From Leucoraja ocellata (Eukaryota): a stretch of 64,000 nt of DNA. Location: the NCBI GenBank assembly GCA_036785375.1, contig JAWMAR010000578.1:930001-994000 (forward strand), read 5' to 3'. Both the position numbers and the translations under genes were made by a program. How positions within the stretch are numbered: the first letter of the stretch is position 1; every line of letters begins with the position of its first letter. Under the pieces are notes generated by a model. That model was not told the origin of the DNA, did no database searches, and saw only the letters and a program-made list of their open reading frames with translations. Of the stretch, positions 26,947 through 39,000 are shown in pieces.

Positions 26947-28140
26947 TCTATATTACTAAAAGTCTGATCTTGACACTTCCTGTTGTTCTATATATTGATT
27001 TTAGAAAAAACGCTGCCACTGATGGCTGTGATTTTTGGCCATCTTTACTTAGAGTCCCTTCCGCTGCGCAGGACAAGATGATTTTTCCCATCGATTAAAA
27101 ATAAAAGAGTTATTAGTGTTTTTTAAAAATGTTGAGATTCTCTCTTCCTGAAGGGACTATGAAACCCGGAAGTGTTTAGTGCCTCAGTCAGTCTCTGCAA
27201 GATGGGGGAGCGAGAGGGTGATGTCTCTCAATCTGAACTGTAAATAAAACTGACACATGTCTACTAAACTGTGAGTGGTTTTACATGACCTGTCAGTGCC
27301 CTTAATGTGGTTTGAAAATATAGTTTGGAAATGCTAAATCTGTGTCTGCCTTTGGTTTGGAAATGCTAAAGCTGTGTTGCCTAATTAAAGTTGCCTTGCC
27401 TAATTAAAAGTTGCATAATCAAAGTCCTTGTCTAATTAAAGCTGCCTTGCCTAATTAAAGTTGCCTTGCCAATTAAAGTTGCCGTGCCAATTAAAGTTGC
27501 CTTGCCTTCTATATAATAAATGTCTAATCTTGACCACTTCCCGTTTACGCTTTGTATTGCTTTTAGAAACAAAGCTACCACGTACGGCTGTGATCTTTGG
27601 ACATCTCACTCAGAGTAACCCTCCACTCATCAGGGGTACAGAGGATTTTTCCCATCGATGAAAAATAAAAAGAGTTATTATTAGTGTTTTAAAAAATTTC
27701 ATATTCTCTCTCCTGTTAATTACGCCATGAAGGCCCCGCCCCTTCTGGTGGGAGGGGGTGGGAGGACTATAATACCCAGAAGTGTGGGCGTGGCTCAGTC
27801 TCTGCAAGATGTAGGAGGGAGAGGTGACGACTGCTGTCTTTAGTGGCCGTGCACCCTGTTTGAAATGGTATGAAACTGCACTTGAATTTAGTGGCCTTGC
27901 ACCCTGCTTGAAATGGAATTTCAAGAAGGAATAGCAGTGAGTCAACTGCCAGCCACCAGCCGTGAGTGAGTGAGCTGCCAGCAACAGGCATGTGTGACTG
28001 AGCCGCCAGCCCAGATCCATTCGGTCCACTGTGTCCATACTAACCCTCTGGAAACCAGTCCTTCAGCCTACAACACCATACTAGCGCTCCAGAAAGCCCC
28101 CCCCCCCCCCCCCACTGGCCACCAATATTAGTATTGGATG
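26947..28140 (+). mobile_element. Two head-to-tail Helitron-like units separated by a minisatellite
   Basis: Related 5' ends tctatattactaaaagtctgatcttga (26947) and tctatataataaatgtctaatcttga (about 27508); a copy lies at 41456-42680. Confidence 0.45.
27376..27506. repeat. Minisatellite with ~19-bp unit taattaaagttgccttgcc
   Basis: Visible tandem copies; a longer version lies at about 41883-42045. Confidence 0.85.
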
Positions 28141-28144
28141 AGAG

Positions 28145-28220
28145 GTGGGTTACTTGAAGTTGGAGGTCAATATTCATACCGCTGTAGGGGAAGCTTCCCA
28201 AGCGAATAGTCGGTGCTCTT
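28145..28220 (-). mobile_element. Penelope-like ORF C-terminal fragment
   Basis: Reads IRLGSFPYSGMNID on the minus strand. Confidence 0.5.
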
Positions 28221-31200
28221 CCTCCAATTTGCACTGAGCCCCACTCTGATGGGGGTGTTAACGTGTTTAGTAATGGGAGATCTGGTAGGTTTATGCGGAG
28301 GTTTATGCTTCGCTACTAAACTGTGGGAAATCGATTTCCTGTGGTCATTAGGAATAGTACTTAGCGAAGAGAATTTGCAGATAATTGTCCTGGTCAATCT
28401 TGTGGTTACTTGATTTTGAAATAAATTATCCAGATTTGCAGGTATGTGGCCCGCTGCTTGAGTCGGTGGCACAAATTCATGGAAATTCAGGTGTCAGGGT
28501 TATGGGGAGAAGACAGGAGAGTGGAGTTAGGAGGGAGAGATAGATCACCCATGATTGAATGGCGGAGTAGACTTGATGGGACGAATGGCCTAATTCTATT
28601 CCTATCACTTATGACCTTATGACAAGTTAAACTCATTCACAAGAGTTAATGTTATTAAACTATTCACATGAGCAGTAGATTATAATTTCAGATAAGGGGA
28701 AATCGCGCTATTGAGAAGCGAGAAGGGATAGGCAAACACGAATAAATTGCCACATTATCCCAAGAGCAAGAGTATACATATGGCCTGTGGCACACTCTGG
28801 CATTCACATTATTTCACTATGTCATAGGTGCATCAGTGGAAAGAATCATAAACAGTTTGCAATTTGTGCACAGTCTTGATATTTATTAAGTTGCATCACC
28901 ATCCAGTGTGGACGATTTAATTCACACCTTTAGTTGAATACAGCACAATGGATTGAATGTAAACAGAAATCTACCTATGTAAGTGACCAAGTGACATACA
29001 TTTCTGAAGGTCAGTCTGAAGACGGGATCCAATCCGCGAGGTCGTCTCTCCATTTGCCTCAACAGATTTTGCCTGCCTGCTGATTTCTTGCAGTTCAAAA
29101 TTCCAGCACCTTCGGTCTCTTGTGACACCATATATTTTTTCGTAATGAATTATCAGGATCTGTTGAAAATCATAATTCATCCAAGACGAATCAATCGTAT
29201 TTGATTAAATAACATTAGTTTTCCATCTATTTATCTGATTGATTTCATAATGGGACGTACAGGATGAATACAGTGACAAGTGGGGGGCACTGTTTCAGCA
29301 TCCAGAACACAGTCCGCAGGGAGCGGCATGGACGGTTACTACACATTAAGATATTTGAGACTGTCATTGCTGGGATCTTGAGAAAAACAGCAAAGCGGTG
29401 GAGGAACTCAGCAGGCGATGCAGCATCTGTGGAGGGAATGGGCAGACGACGTGTCAGATTAGAACCCTTCTTCAGAATAGTGTGGATTAAGCTGGAAGAT
29501 AGCTGGGGTGGGAGAAACCCTATCCAGTGATAGGTGTATGCAGATGATGGGTGAAAGTGTCATGTCGAGAAGGCGGCGGTTGTATATCTAAGAAGGGAAG
29601 GGTGTGCGTGTGTGTGTCACGGGGTGTGTGTGTGGGGGGGGGGGGGGGGGGGGGGGGGGGGTGGATCTCAGAACACGAGCGCTCATTCCGCCAAGGTCTG
29701 CTGGTGCTTCCAGTCACTACATGCTGATGCACGTACTGATTTGCTTTGCTTTTTACGTGGAACATATGAAGTTACCAACAGTAATGTCTGGGCAAATGGA
29801 ACCACCCGTGCAGAACTGGCGCCTGACAGAACTTACATCTTCTGTTCCACTGTAGGTGGCTATGCCACTGACGTCACTGAGGCGCTTTGCTCCGCCAGGC
29901 TATCATCACATGACTGACTAATACCATTTCATTACAAGTGTATTCATTAGTGGTGCACTTGATTGGTTGATAGGTTTCTTCGGATTTCCTTCTCTCGTTT
30001 GTGATGACGTTAGTGTATTTCGAAACAAATGGTGTATTTCGAAACAAATGAGAGGACAAAGGCTCAGGTGCATTGAAAAAGCATGGCATTTAATGTAGAG
30101 AAAATATATTGGTTGCACAACTGAATAATCGGCGGTTTTTTTAATCAGACATCATTAAGTGACATGTTATCACGAACGGACGTGGCCATAGTTTCTTCAC
30201 AAAGCACCAGCGAAATTATTCATATTTGAGAACAGAAGTAAAATAAACAAACACGATTTTTAAAATTTACAACAAATGCACACTGGCACTTTCATCCCTG
30301 CTTTCAGAAAGTGTTGGATGCTTGTTAGATGATGGTCATTTACACCAAAACATTGCCTCAATGCAGGTGAAAACGACCTGCAGCTCCCACGATTGTTACC
30401 ATGGGAGTTCATTAGCTTGGCTGCAATGATCAGAACGTAGCAATATTCCCGCCTGCAATTATTCAGTCTACAGCTTCGATTTCCAACTTCGCTCCTTCTT
30501 TAAAACATTCCCATCTGCATAAGGTACATGTTCCTCTTTCTGGTTAAATGTTACTGCTGATTGGAGTTGAGTAACTGCAAATCGACATGATACAACGTAG
30601 AATCTATCATCTTTAGTCTGTGAAAGTAATTTATATCGGCCATTAGTCAATTACCCTCTGGTGGCACAAATAATACGATTTTGAAACAAAATACTACCAG
30701 TCTCATAGAGAATGTATATACATTTCAGGATTCATACTCATCCATGAGACTGCACCAACGTGCAAACAAATATGGAATTGCTATCCGTCATCTTTAATGA
30801 TACACGGGCACGGGATTAAAAGTGCTTCACTGCAAGTTGGAGAACTGCTTCTAATGAGTTGAGAAAACAGTAGTTTATTCTAAAACTGCATTGCGCGCTA
30901 CTGCTGGGATGGATTATTCTGTTTTTTAGTTTTGTTTAGTTGAGTTAGCGATCTTCCAGTGATCTGCCAGTAGGAAATTGTTATCAGATTTTTTTTGCCA
31001 TTCTTCATTAATTTCCTTTCCCTGATTTCACTTATTGTTGATCTTCGGTGCTACTAATCATTCCAGGCCCACAGAACAACATTAGCTTTCTTCGTTATTG
31101 CCGATCATTTGTATGAACGTAAATGGAATCTGTTTAAGGGGGCAGACGAATAGTAGATTTAACGTAGCAAACATTTAATATTACGTATTAAAAATGCTGA

Positions 31201-31846
31201 TAATGCAAAGTACAATTTTAAGATTCGCTGATAGACCGTTTAATCTATATTCTCATGGGGTAAATTCTACGTTGAACCTGCCTGCACAATTGTCAGGAAA
31301 TCAACGGTCGCTAGGAAATAGAGTTGTTCATATTGTCCTTGGGCTGAAATCATCCAACATGGTGTACACTTCTTATCGAGACCACACACAAGATTAGAAG
31401 TTGTTCAACCAGAGCTGAACACACGTCTAGGCATCTGCATACAATGGTGTCTGCCTTGCGCTTCTTGTGCTTCTAGTGCGTGGTGGTGGAAAGTTTGGTG
31501 AAAGCAGTGCCGGACGTGAACGCTCGTTCCTTGACCCCATTGCAAACTTGGTAGATTGAAAGTGTTATCACTGCACTCTGCTTAATATCCCTCGGCTTCG
31601 GCGCCACTACCGAATTTCGGTGAATTCAATAACCGATGGAGACAACAAAAATTTACGACGATTGAAACATTGACATGGGAAGATGTAAGATTTATATCTT
31701 GAGTTTTATTTTTGTCATTGTTAATGGTCAGCTTTATTCTCAATTATTTTATTGTTTTGCAATTGAATAGCATTTACTGCCCTAGGTTTTTTTAACCACC
31801 ATTGTGATTAATACCGAGAATAGTGTAAAATATGTATAATTCTCAC

Positions 31847-31939
31847 CATTTTGTGCCTTTAATTGTAGTCTTATCAAGATAATGACCAAAACTAAAACTG
31901 CCAACACACCCACTGCGCATCCGATAATTAGGTTTTTAT
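31847..31939 (-). CDS. Second TM exon (type c) of gene C: DKNLIIGCAVGVLAVLVLVIILIRLQLKAQN
   Basis: Donor AAT G|gtgaga. The acceptor homologous to D's is lost and is followed by an in-frame TAA; downstream taag| (31945) or tgcag| (31939) keep phase 1. It may be a pseudo-exon. Confidence 0.6.
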
Positions 31940-32583
31940 CTGCAACTTATGGATCAAGAGAGAAACAGGAAAAACGTGAATGATATAATATATTGAAATA
32001 TATACACATTTAGGAATTTAGCGATAACACAGAACACCTCAATGGTTTATTAGCCTTTGAGCTTCTTGCTCCATGATTGATTTGTGATTTTGAAACATTG
32101 TTCTCTCATTACGAATAAACACGGGCCTACTCCTGCACCTATTTTCTATGTTCCTATGTACCCTTTCGTGATGTTGCGCCCACTGGACCTAAATCTTAAC
32201 TGAAACTTTAACATTGTGATGGTTTATAAGGAATTGTGTCCATGTCAAAACAGCAATGTAATGTAAAAATAAGGAGATGATTGGTTTTGTTCATTGCCAC
32301 AGAAAACCACAGTTGTTTTTTCTTCAAAATCGTAATCTTCCATTGCACTCATTATCCATCACACTGGATGTTTGAATAATTCCTTATATTTGAAAATATA
32401 TGCAAAGCTGATAATTGAATAATCCAATTCCAAGCTGATATAATTGAATTTGAAGATCCATCATATATTATCACAGACATATATCAAAACCGGCTTCAGA
32501 AATCTCTTTGAGCAAACACCATTGACATATCCATGCTGTTTTTAACCATAGAAATGATTATTGTAAATTATCAAGATTCTTAC

Positions 32584-32694
32584 CGGGCCACATCTTTAAA
32601 CTGAGTCTTATCACGATTATAATCAGAATTAAAAGTACTGATCCACCTACTGCATATACGATAATCTGTTTGCGATCAATTCCTGATGAAGCAA
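32584..32694 (-). CDS. Gene C first TM exon (VASSGIDRKQIIVYAVGGSVLLILIIIVIRLSLKMWP)
   Basis: Acceptor cttaattttcag|TT and donor CCC G|gtaaga, 111 nt. Confidence 0.85.
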
Positions 32695-33214
32695 CTGAAA
32701 ATTAAGAAACTGTAAAGAATTTATACATTTCAGAACAAATATACAAACGGCAGTCAAGAAGGTAAATCATTTCGTAGGTGCATTTTAATACCCACATCGG
32801 AAAGTTTGGAAGGTATATCATGCGGCACCAGGTGGAAGTTAGTAATGGAATCCACAGGACAAACAAATGCAATTGTATTGTGCCCATGTGCGGAGAGCTG
32901 CTTACTAACGTTAAACGGAATTTAGGTTTTATCTTCATATATTTCACCAGACAGCGGAATACCGCATATCCCAGGACGTTTTTGCTCATTACAAACACTA
33001 TATCAATTCAGTTTGTCAATTCATCTCACACGGATTTCCTTACAAGAACTGATGGAGTGCAATTCATTTTATACAGCATACATGTGTTGCTTTCATGCGA
33101 ACAAATGCGAGCCACATTTACCTTTCGCTCCGTGTACGGAAAGCTGTCCTGTTATTAATCTGATCGAATTTGATCTACCGCCCCAATATCATGTGTAACT
33201 GGCTCCAGTCTTAC

Positions 33215-33508
33215 CTTGGCCCAGGGTATAACTGAAACTGGCCGCCACCTTCAGGGAGACATGTGATACCAGACAGGTGTAAATATCTTTGCCCTCCCCA
33301 GGCTGCGTTATTTCCAAAGAACTAGTAGCCACAAACAATCCTTCTTCGCTCGGTTTTTTCACAGTTTCGATTCCAGTGCGAATTTCCTCGTTATTTCTTA
33401 GCCAGAATATTTCTAATTTCTCCGGATAAAAGGCGCCAGTTTTGCACACAAGTTTCCGTGGAGAGCCAAGTCCTTCAGCAGGGACAATTGTCAAGGGAGT
33501 TGGGGGAT
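33215..33508 (-). CDS. Gene C C1-set Ig exon
   Basis: 294 nt, same splice sites as B, and 3 aa different from B. Confidence 0.9.
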
Positions 33509-35489
33509 CTTAAGCAAAGAAAAAAAAAAGTATCGGTGTTCGCTTTCCATTACATTTTATCTCGCCACCGAGTCGTATTTGTCAAGACCAAATTATTTAA
33601 TATTTAAACTTCCCAGTTTGTCGTTCATTTATACTCCCTTTCCTAGCGGACACACGGACGAACTCCACCAAGATACAAAGAGGGTGAATTAAAGGAGTGC
33701 CAACAGAATTTATGGAGTTCCAAAATAAACTCTGTTCTGAATGGACGTTCCCCGGTATCGCGCGAAAGTTTTTGCCAGAAGCCTGCCGTGATTATTTAAA
33801 AGTGGCCATGTTCGGATCATTCATATGTTGCAAAAGAAATGGAGCCATCATAATCGAAATATAACAGATTTGTATAGTGTGGTGACAGGAAGCGGTTATA
33901 CATGAAGATTAATGTTTAATCCCGTTAGCACTTTAAGTAGTATATGAACTAAATCTCCTCGCCCTGGTCAGAAACACCCACTTCAATACTTAATCACTAC
34001 TCTACTCTACTCAGTGAGATAACCACATGAGGTGTTTGCGCAGTAATCAACCAGAACCAGAACCAGATATGGGTTTGAAATGCCGATCACAAACATTTAC
34101 CTGCATGTGAACCAAGTGCTGGAACACCTACCTTTCTCGCGCATTGAATGCTTTTATTAAAACACCGTGGTATATATTACAAGCAATCTACGAGCGCACT
34201 TATTCTATGTCAGTATGTAGGAAAGAACTACAAAAGCTGGTTTAAACCGAACAGCAACATCTCTTCGGATAACGAATGGGTGACGTTTCTGATCGAGGTT
34301 TGAAGAAGGGTATCGACCCCAAACGTCACTCATTTCTCCTACCCAGAGATGCTGCCTGCCCCGCTGAGTTACTCCAGCATTTTGTGTCTCAGTTCCATCT
34401 GTTGTGCCAAATTGGCGACAGTGAATCGACAACGTTAGATCGGCGTTAATGATGATAGCTTGCAGAAGCCAAACGAGGGAAAAGAACAAGCTCTGTTTCT
34501 CGCTGTGCAGATTCTACTCATTTAGGTCTGCACGTAAAAGGCCCTATATTTGGCATTTATTAACGCGAACTCCTTCCGGACGAGCTGCAGTCGGTGTCTA
34601 ACTGGACGGGGAGTTGAATGTTGGGTTGCTTTGTCGGTTTATTACAAATCTTTAGAAAGCTTGACTTAATTCACTTAATCAGGATAATCTTTAACGATGA
34701 AATAAATGTTACTGTTTATTCCCGGACTTTAAATAATTTCAGTTGAGATGTTGTTTACTTCTTTTTTCCCCCGTACGGTGCCAAATTGGTTGAATAGACT
34801 GAGGTTATGCCTGACAAAATTAGTGTCAAGCGATGTCAAAAAAAAGAAAAAAGATTTCATTGAAGTAGCTTGGAATCAGCAGCGATGAGTCCCACATGTT
34901 GGAATACCAAGGTCCTTGGGTTGCAGCAGCACATTGGTCTTATGAGGTTCTAAAGCTGTCGGTGTAGAATAGAGGCATGACAGACTCTACCATCGACGTA
35001 TTAAAATTGCTCCTACTCTCTTTTCTTCGTGATGAGAAACCTGGATATCACACTCCAGCCACTCAAACTAACAGGAATATCATTTAAATGTCTCATCGCA
35101 AAACATTTCTAACCACACCTCAGAATGAATTCCTTCCATCTCAGCATTTACCCGTTCTTAGCGATACATCCATCTGGGAGATTGGCTTAAAATTCGGGAC
35201 CGCTAAATGAATGGGCTGCGCCCATCCATAGCGGCAATGAAAAGGAGTCTCGCAAAGTATCGTACAATGAACAGAATAACCCTCAATACCCACGCGTCCC
35301 ACAAGTGCGACTCGACCTGCTGGTTATGTCCATTGTGCTTTGTTTTATTTTGAATTACTGGTCCCTGTAATTTAAAATTGTTATTACCGGATATTTATCA
35401 ACAGGAGATTTTTCATATTATCCTCGCGACTAGACTTTACAAATGACATAGAACTGAAAATTGCTTATTTCCCTAACACACACACTTAC

Positions 35490-35795
35490 CAAATACGGTG
35501 ATCAGGCTGCCACTTCCATTTCCGATAACCTGATGCTTGAACTTCACTTGACAGTAATACAGGCCGGAGTCAGCGACACGCACATGTTGGAGAGTAAATA
35601 TTTCCCTTCCAGAATCTATCGTAAATTGTTTTCTACTGTCCGGTTCAAGGAATGTCTTCATGCCGTCCCTCCACCAATTAACGCCAATAGTGTCTTTCGA
35701 TATTGGAAATGTGCAATACATGATAGCATGTTCACCGCCGCCAACGTCCAAGATGGCAGGGAATTGGGACACTCTGGTCGGATAGACTTCGGTAG
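35490..35795 (-). CDS. Gene C V-type Ig exon with germline J-like motif
   Basis: Acceptor cgacag|CT ACC and donor TTT G|gtaagt, 306 nt. Ends ...DSGLYYC...GNGSGSLITV. Confidence 0.9.
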
Positions 35796-35988
35796 CTGTC
35801 GGGGAAAAAGCAAGAACAATTGATACATTTGTAAACACTGGACAGAGAAAACAGGAACCAACTGTCGAAAAGCACGAAACAACTATAAACCCACGAGCGC
35901 CTAATAGATGAACCTAATAGCTCGAAACCAGGTCCGAATTATCGAATTATATTACTTAGACCAGAAATGGCACACATTTTAACTATAC

Positions 35989-36043
35989 CCTGCGTTAGTA
36001 TGACCAGAAGAGCCATGGACCAAACTCTAACTTTCACCGACAT
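35989..36043 (-). CDS. Gene C leader exon (MSVKVRVWSMALLVILTQ)
   Basis: Identical to the B leader, with donor CAG G|gtatag. Confidence 0.8.
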
Positions 36044-39000
36044 ATTACAAGAATAAATTGCCAACTTGTTGTTAGTTTACTCAAAACTTGCTCTGCGGAA
36101 AAGGAAATTATGAGTAAATATATGAAACGTGACCGTGACGTAATATATCCCACGACTGTGGCTCGTGCGGCGGGAGAGGTCATAGCTCGGCCCATTCCCA
36201 TTGTAACAAAGCCTTCCAATACTTCCTGAAACATGTTCACAACCTCCTCCCGTAGCATCCAGATTTTTACTCGGAATTAATTATGCATCAGCTGCCTACT
36301 CAGTTAATTGTCACAAATCGTTCCGCGTATAAGGTAAGGAGTGCTTGTGAATATTTAGATGCACAAACGTAGACACCCACCTTCCCTTGAATCTCCCCCC
36401 CCCCCCCCTTCCCAATTTGTGTTGTGCTCTTTCGCTCTTTCGATTATATACATTCAAACAACAATCACCCATTTCGTTTCTTTCTGTTCAGCCCTCACCA
36501 TCGCCATCCGCAGCTTTCTATTGATTATATTTCCATCTGACGTTTTTCACACTAACTCCGGTTGCTATTCCTACAAAACCAAATCTCCATGCTGGTTTTT
36601 GTTAACTAATATTTCTACTATTTTCATAAACACCATTGCAGCAATATTCTATGGGGAGTCCAGCAGAAAATTGGCGCCAAGCCGCGACAGCTAACGTATG
36701 AATGAAATCTAGGTGTTTTCTTCCGATAATGTCCAGTAGAGCAATCAACTTATGCTGTTGACATCCACACAACACAGGAGAATAGGGGCTGCAAATTAAT
36801 CGAATGGGCCAATATAAATTAGGTAGATTTAACCCAAACTGTTAATCTTATAATTTCCTCCAAAGTATTGTTTTAAAAATCGTAGTAATGAAGGATTACT
36901 TAAAGTTTGGACTACAGGCAAGAAGCCAACGTTGTGAGCGAGGCGGTTTGAACTCTTTATGTTTTGCCCGTATCGTGGTTATACTCACAGTCCTCTGCAC
37001 AAATCAATGATTTTGGCTTCAGAACACACATTAAATTGCACGAGCAGAAACCTGTTGTAGACCAAATGGTTAAGTAATTTTCGTGTAATTTAAATGTTTG
37101 ATGCGCCTCACTTAGAGACCTTGTGCCGTTCAATGGAAGGACACAATATTCCAAATATACACAGTAATTCTCTGGATATTTTTTAAATTACTGAAATCGG
37201 GCAGGACCGTATCGCAGTAGTAGAGTTGCTGCACTTACAGCGCCAGAGACCTGGGTTCGATCCCGACTGCGGGTGCTGTCTGTATGGAGTTTGTACGTTC
37301 GTCCCATGACTGGCTTGGGCTTTCTCTGGGCGCTCCGGTTTCCGCCCACATTCCAAAGACGTACATGTTCGTAGGTTGATTGGCTTCGGTAAATATTGTA
37401 AATTGTCCCTAGCGTGCAGGATAGTGCTAATGTACGGGGTGATCGCTGGTCGGCGCGGACTCGAAGGGCCTGTTTCCGCGCTGTATCTCTAAACTATTGC
37501 TAAAAAAACTGCTTCTGTAAATGGCTTCTATTTGAACTTCCATGTAAAGATTGCGTAATTTCGGGTTTAAGTCTGTCCACATTAACCGTTCAAACGAAGA
37601 GCTGCAACAAGAACATTCCGGTTTGTGATGCTGGTCTTGAAGATAATGAAGACTGGACTCAGATTTAAAGCGGCACGTTGTTTCTTTTTTAGTGAAGTCA
37701 GCAGTGTAAAGAAACCAGCGGCAGTTCGAGAAAACCTCAATACACGGCAAATCTGACAAATTAAGGATTTCTGTGCATGTTTGCAAGCTACTGTCAGCGA
37801 AGGGCTGTTCTGCAACAATGGACCAATAATAATCTTACAAAATGGATTTGAAGAATTTTATTTGTCACATTTTGAGGAAATGCATCGGTATATTCCCATT
37901 GTTTAATAGAAAATAATATTGTGATACCACAAGCGAAAACTGAAAAAGATCATAGAAACATAGAAACATAGAAATTAGGTGCAGGAGTAGGCCATTCGGC
38001 CCTTCGAGCCTGCACCGCCATTCAATATGATCATGGCTGATCATCCAACTCAGTATCCCGTACCTGCCATCTCTCCATACCCTCTGATCCCCTTGGCCAC
38101 AAGGGCCACATCTAACTCCCTCTTGAATATAGCCAATGAACTGGCCTCAACTACCCTCTGTGGCAGAGAGTACCAGAGATTCACCACTCTCTGTGTGAAA
38201 AAATGTTCTCCTCATCTCGGTTGTAAAGGATTTCCCCCTTATCCTTAAGCTGTGACCCCTTGTCCTGGACTTCCCCATCATCGGGAACAAGCTTCCTGCA
38301 TCAAGCCTGTCCAACCCCTTAAGAATTTTGTAAGTTTCTATAAGATCCCCTCTCAATCTCCTAAATTCTAGAGAGTATAAACCAAGTCTATCCAGTCTTT
38401 CTTCATAAGACAGTCCTGACATCCCAGGAATCAGTCTGGTGAACCTTCTCTGCACTCCCTCTGTGGCAATAATGTCCTTCCTCAGATTTGGAGACCAAAA
38501 CTGTACGCAATACTCCAGGTGTGGTCTCACCAAGACCCTGTACAACTGCAATAGAACCTCCCTGCTCCTATACTCAAATCCTTTTGCTACGAAAGCCAAC
38601 ATACCATTCGCTTTCTTTACTGCCTGCTGCACCTGCATGCCTACCTTCAATCATGTTTGCATTATTAATTTAACTTCGATCAAATGGTTCCAAAATGGCT
38701 CCTATATTTTTAAAGTTTCATTAAATTAGATTAATTTAGTAAACAGGAGGCGCGGAAAGCTTTGGGCAACATAATTTTGTTTTCCATAACGTTAGACCCT
38801 TACATTGTTGATGACGTCATCGCAGATGGGTTTTCCAAATATTATTAACAATGCCCGATGGGAATAATTGGTTAGATTGCGTTTTTATTCTCCTTTCGAC
38901 AAGATGTGTTGGATTGCCATTAATAAGAAAATACTGTTTTCTCCCGTTTGGTGGAATTGACTGGAATCCTGCAACAGGTCAGATTGCGAAATAGAACTAA

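Larger units (their letters stand above)
18220..32002. repeat. Segmental duplication block Y (direct copy Y' at about 32504-46455)
   Basis: Collinear near-identity including TM1, C1, V, leader, SINEs and the type c TM exon. Confidence 0.92.

Noticed and set aside
27376-27506. Short repeats resembling a CRISPR array
   Set aside because: No unique spacers and a eukaryotic context; it is a minisatellite.
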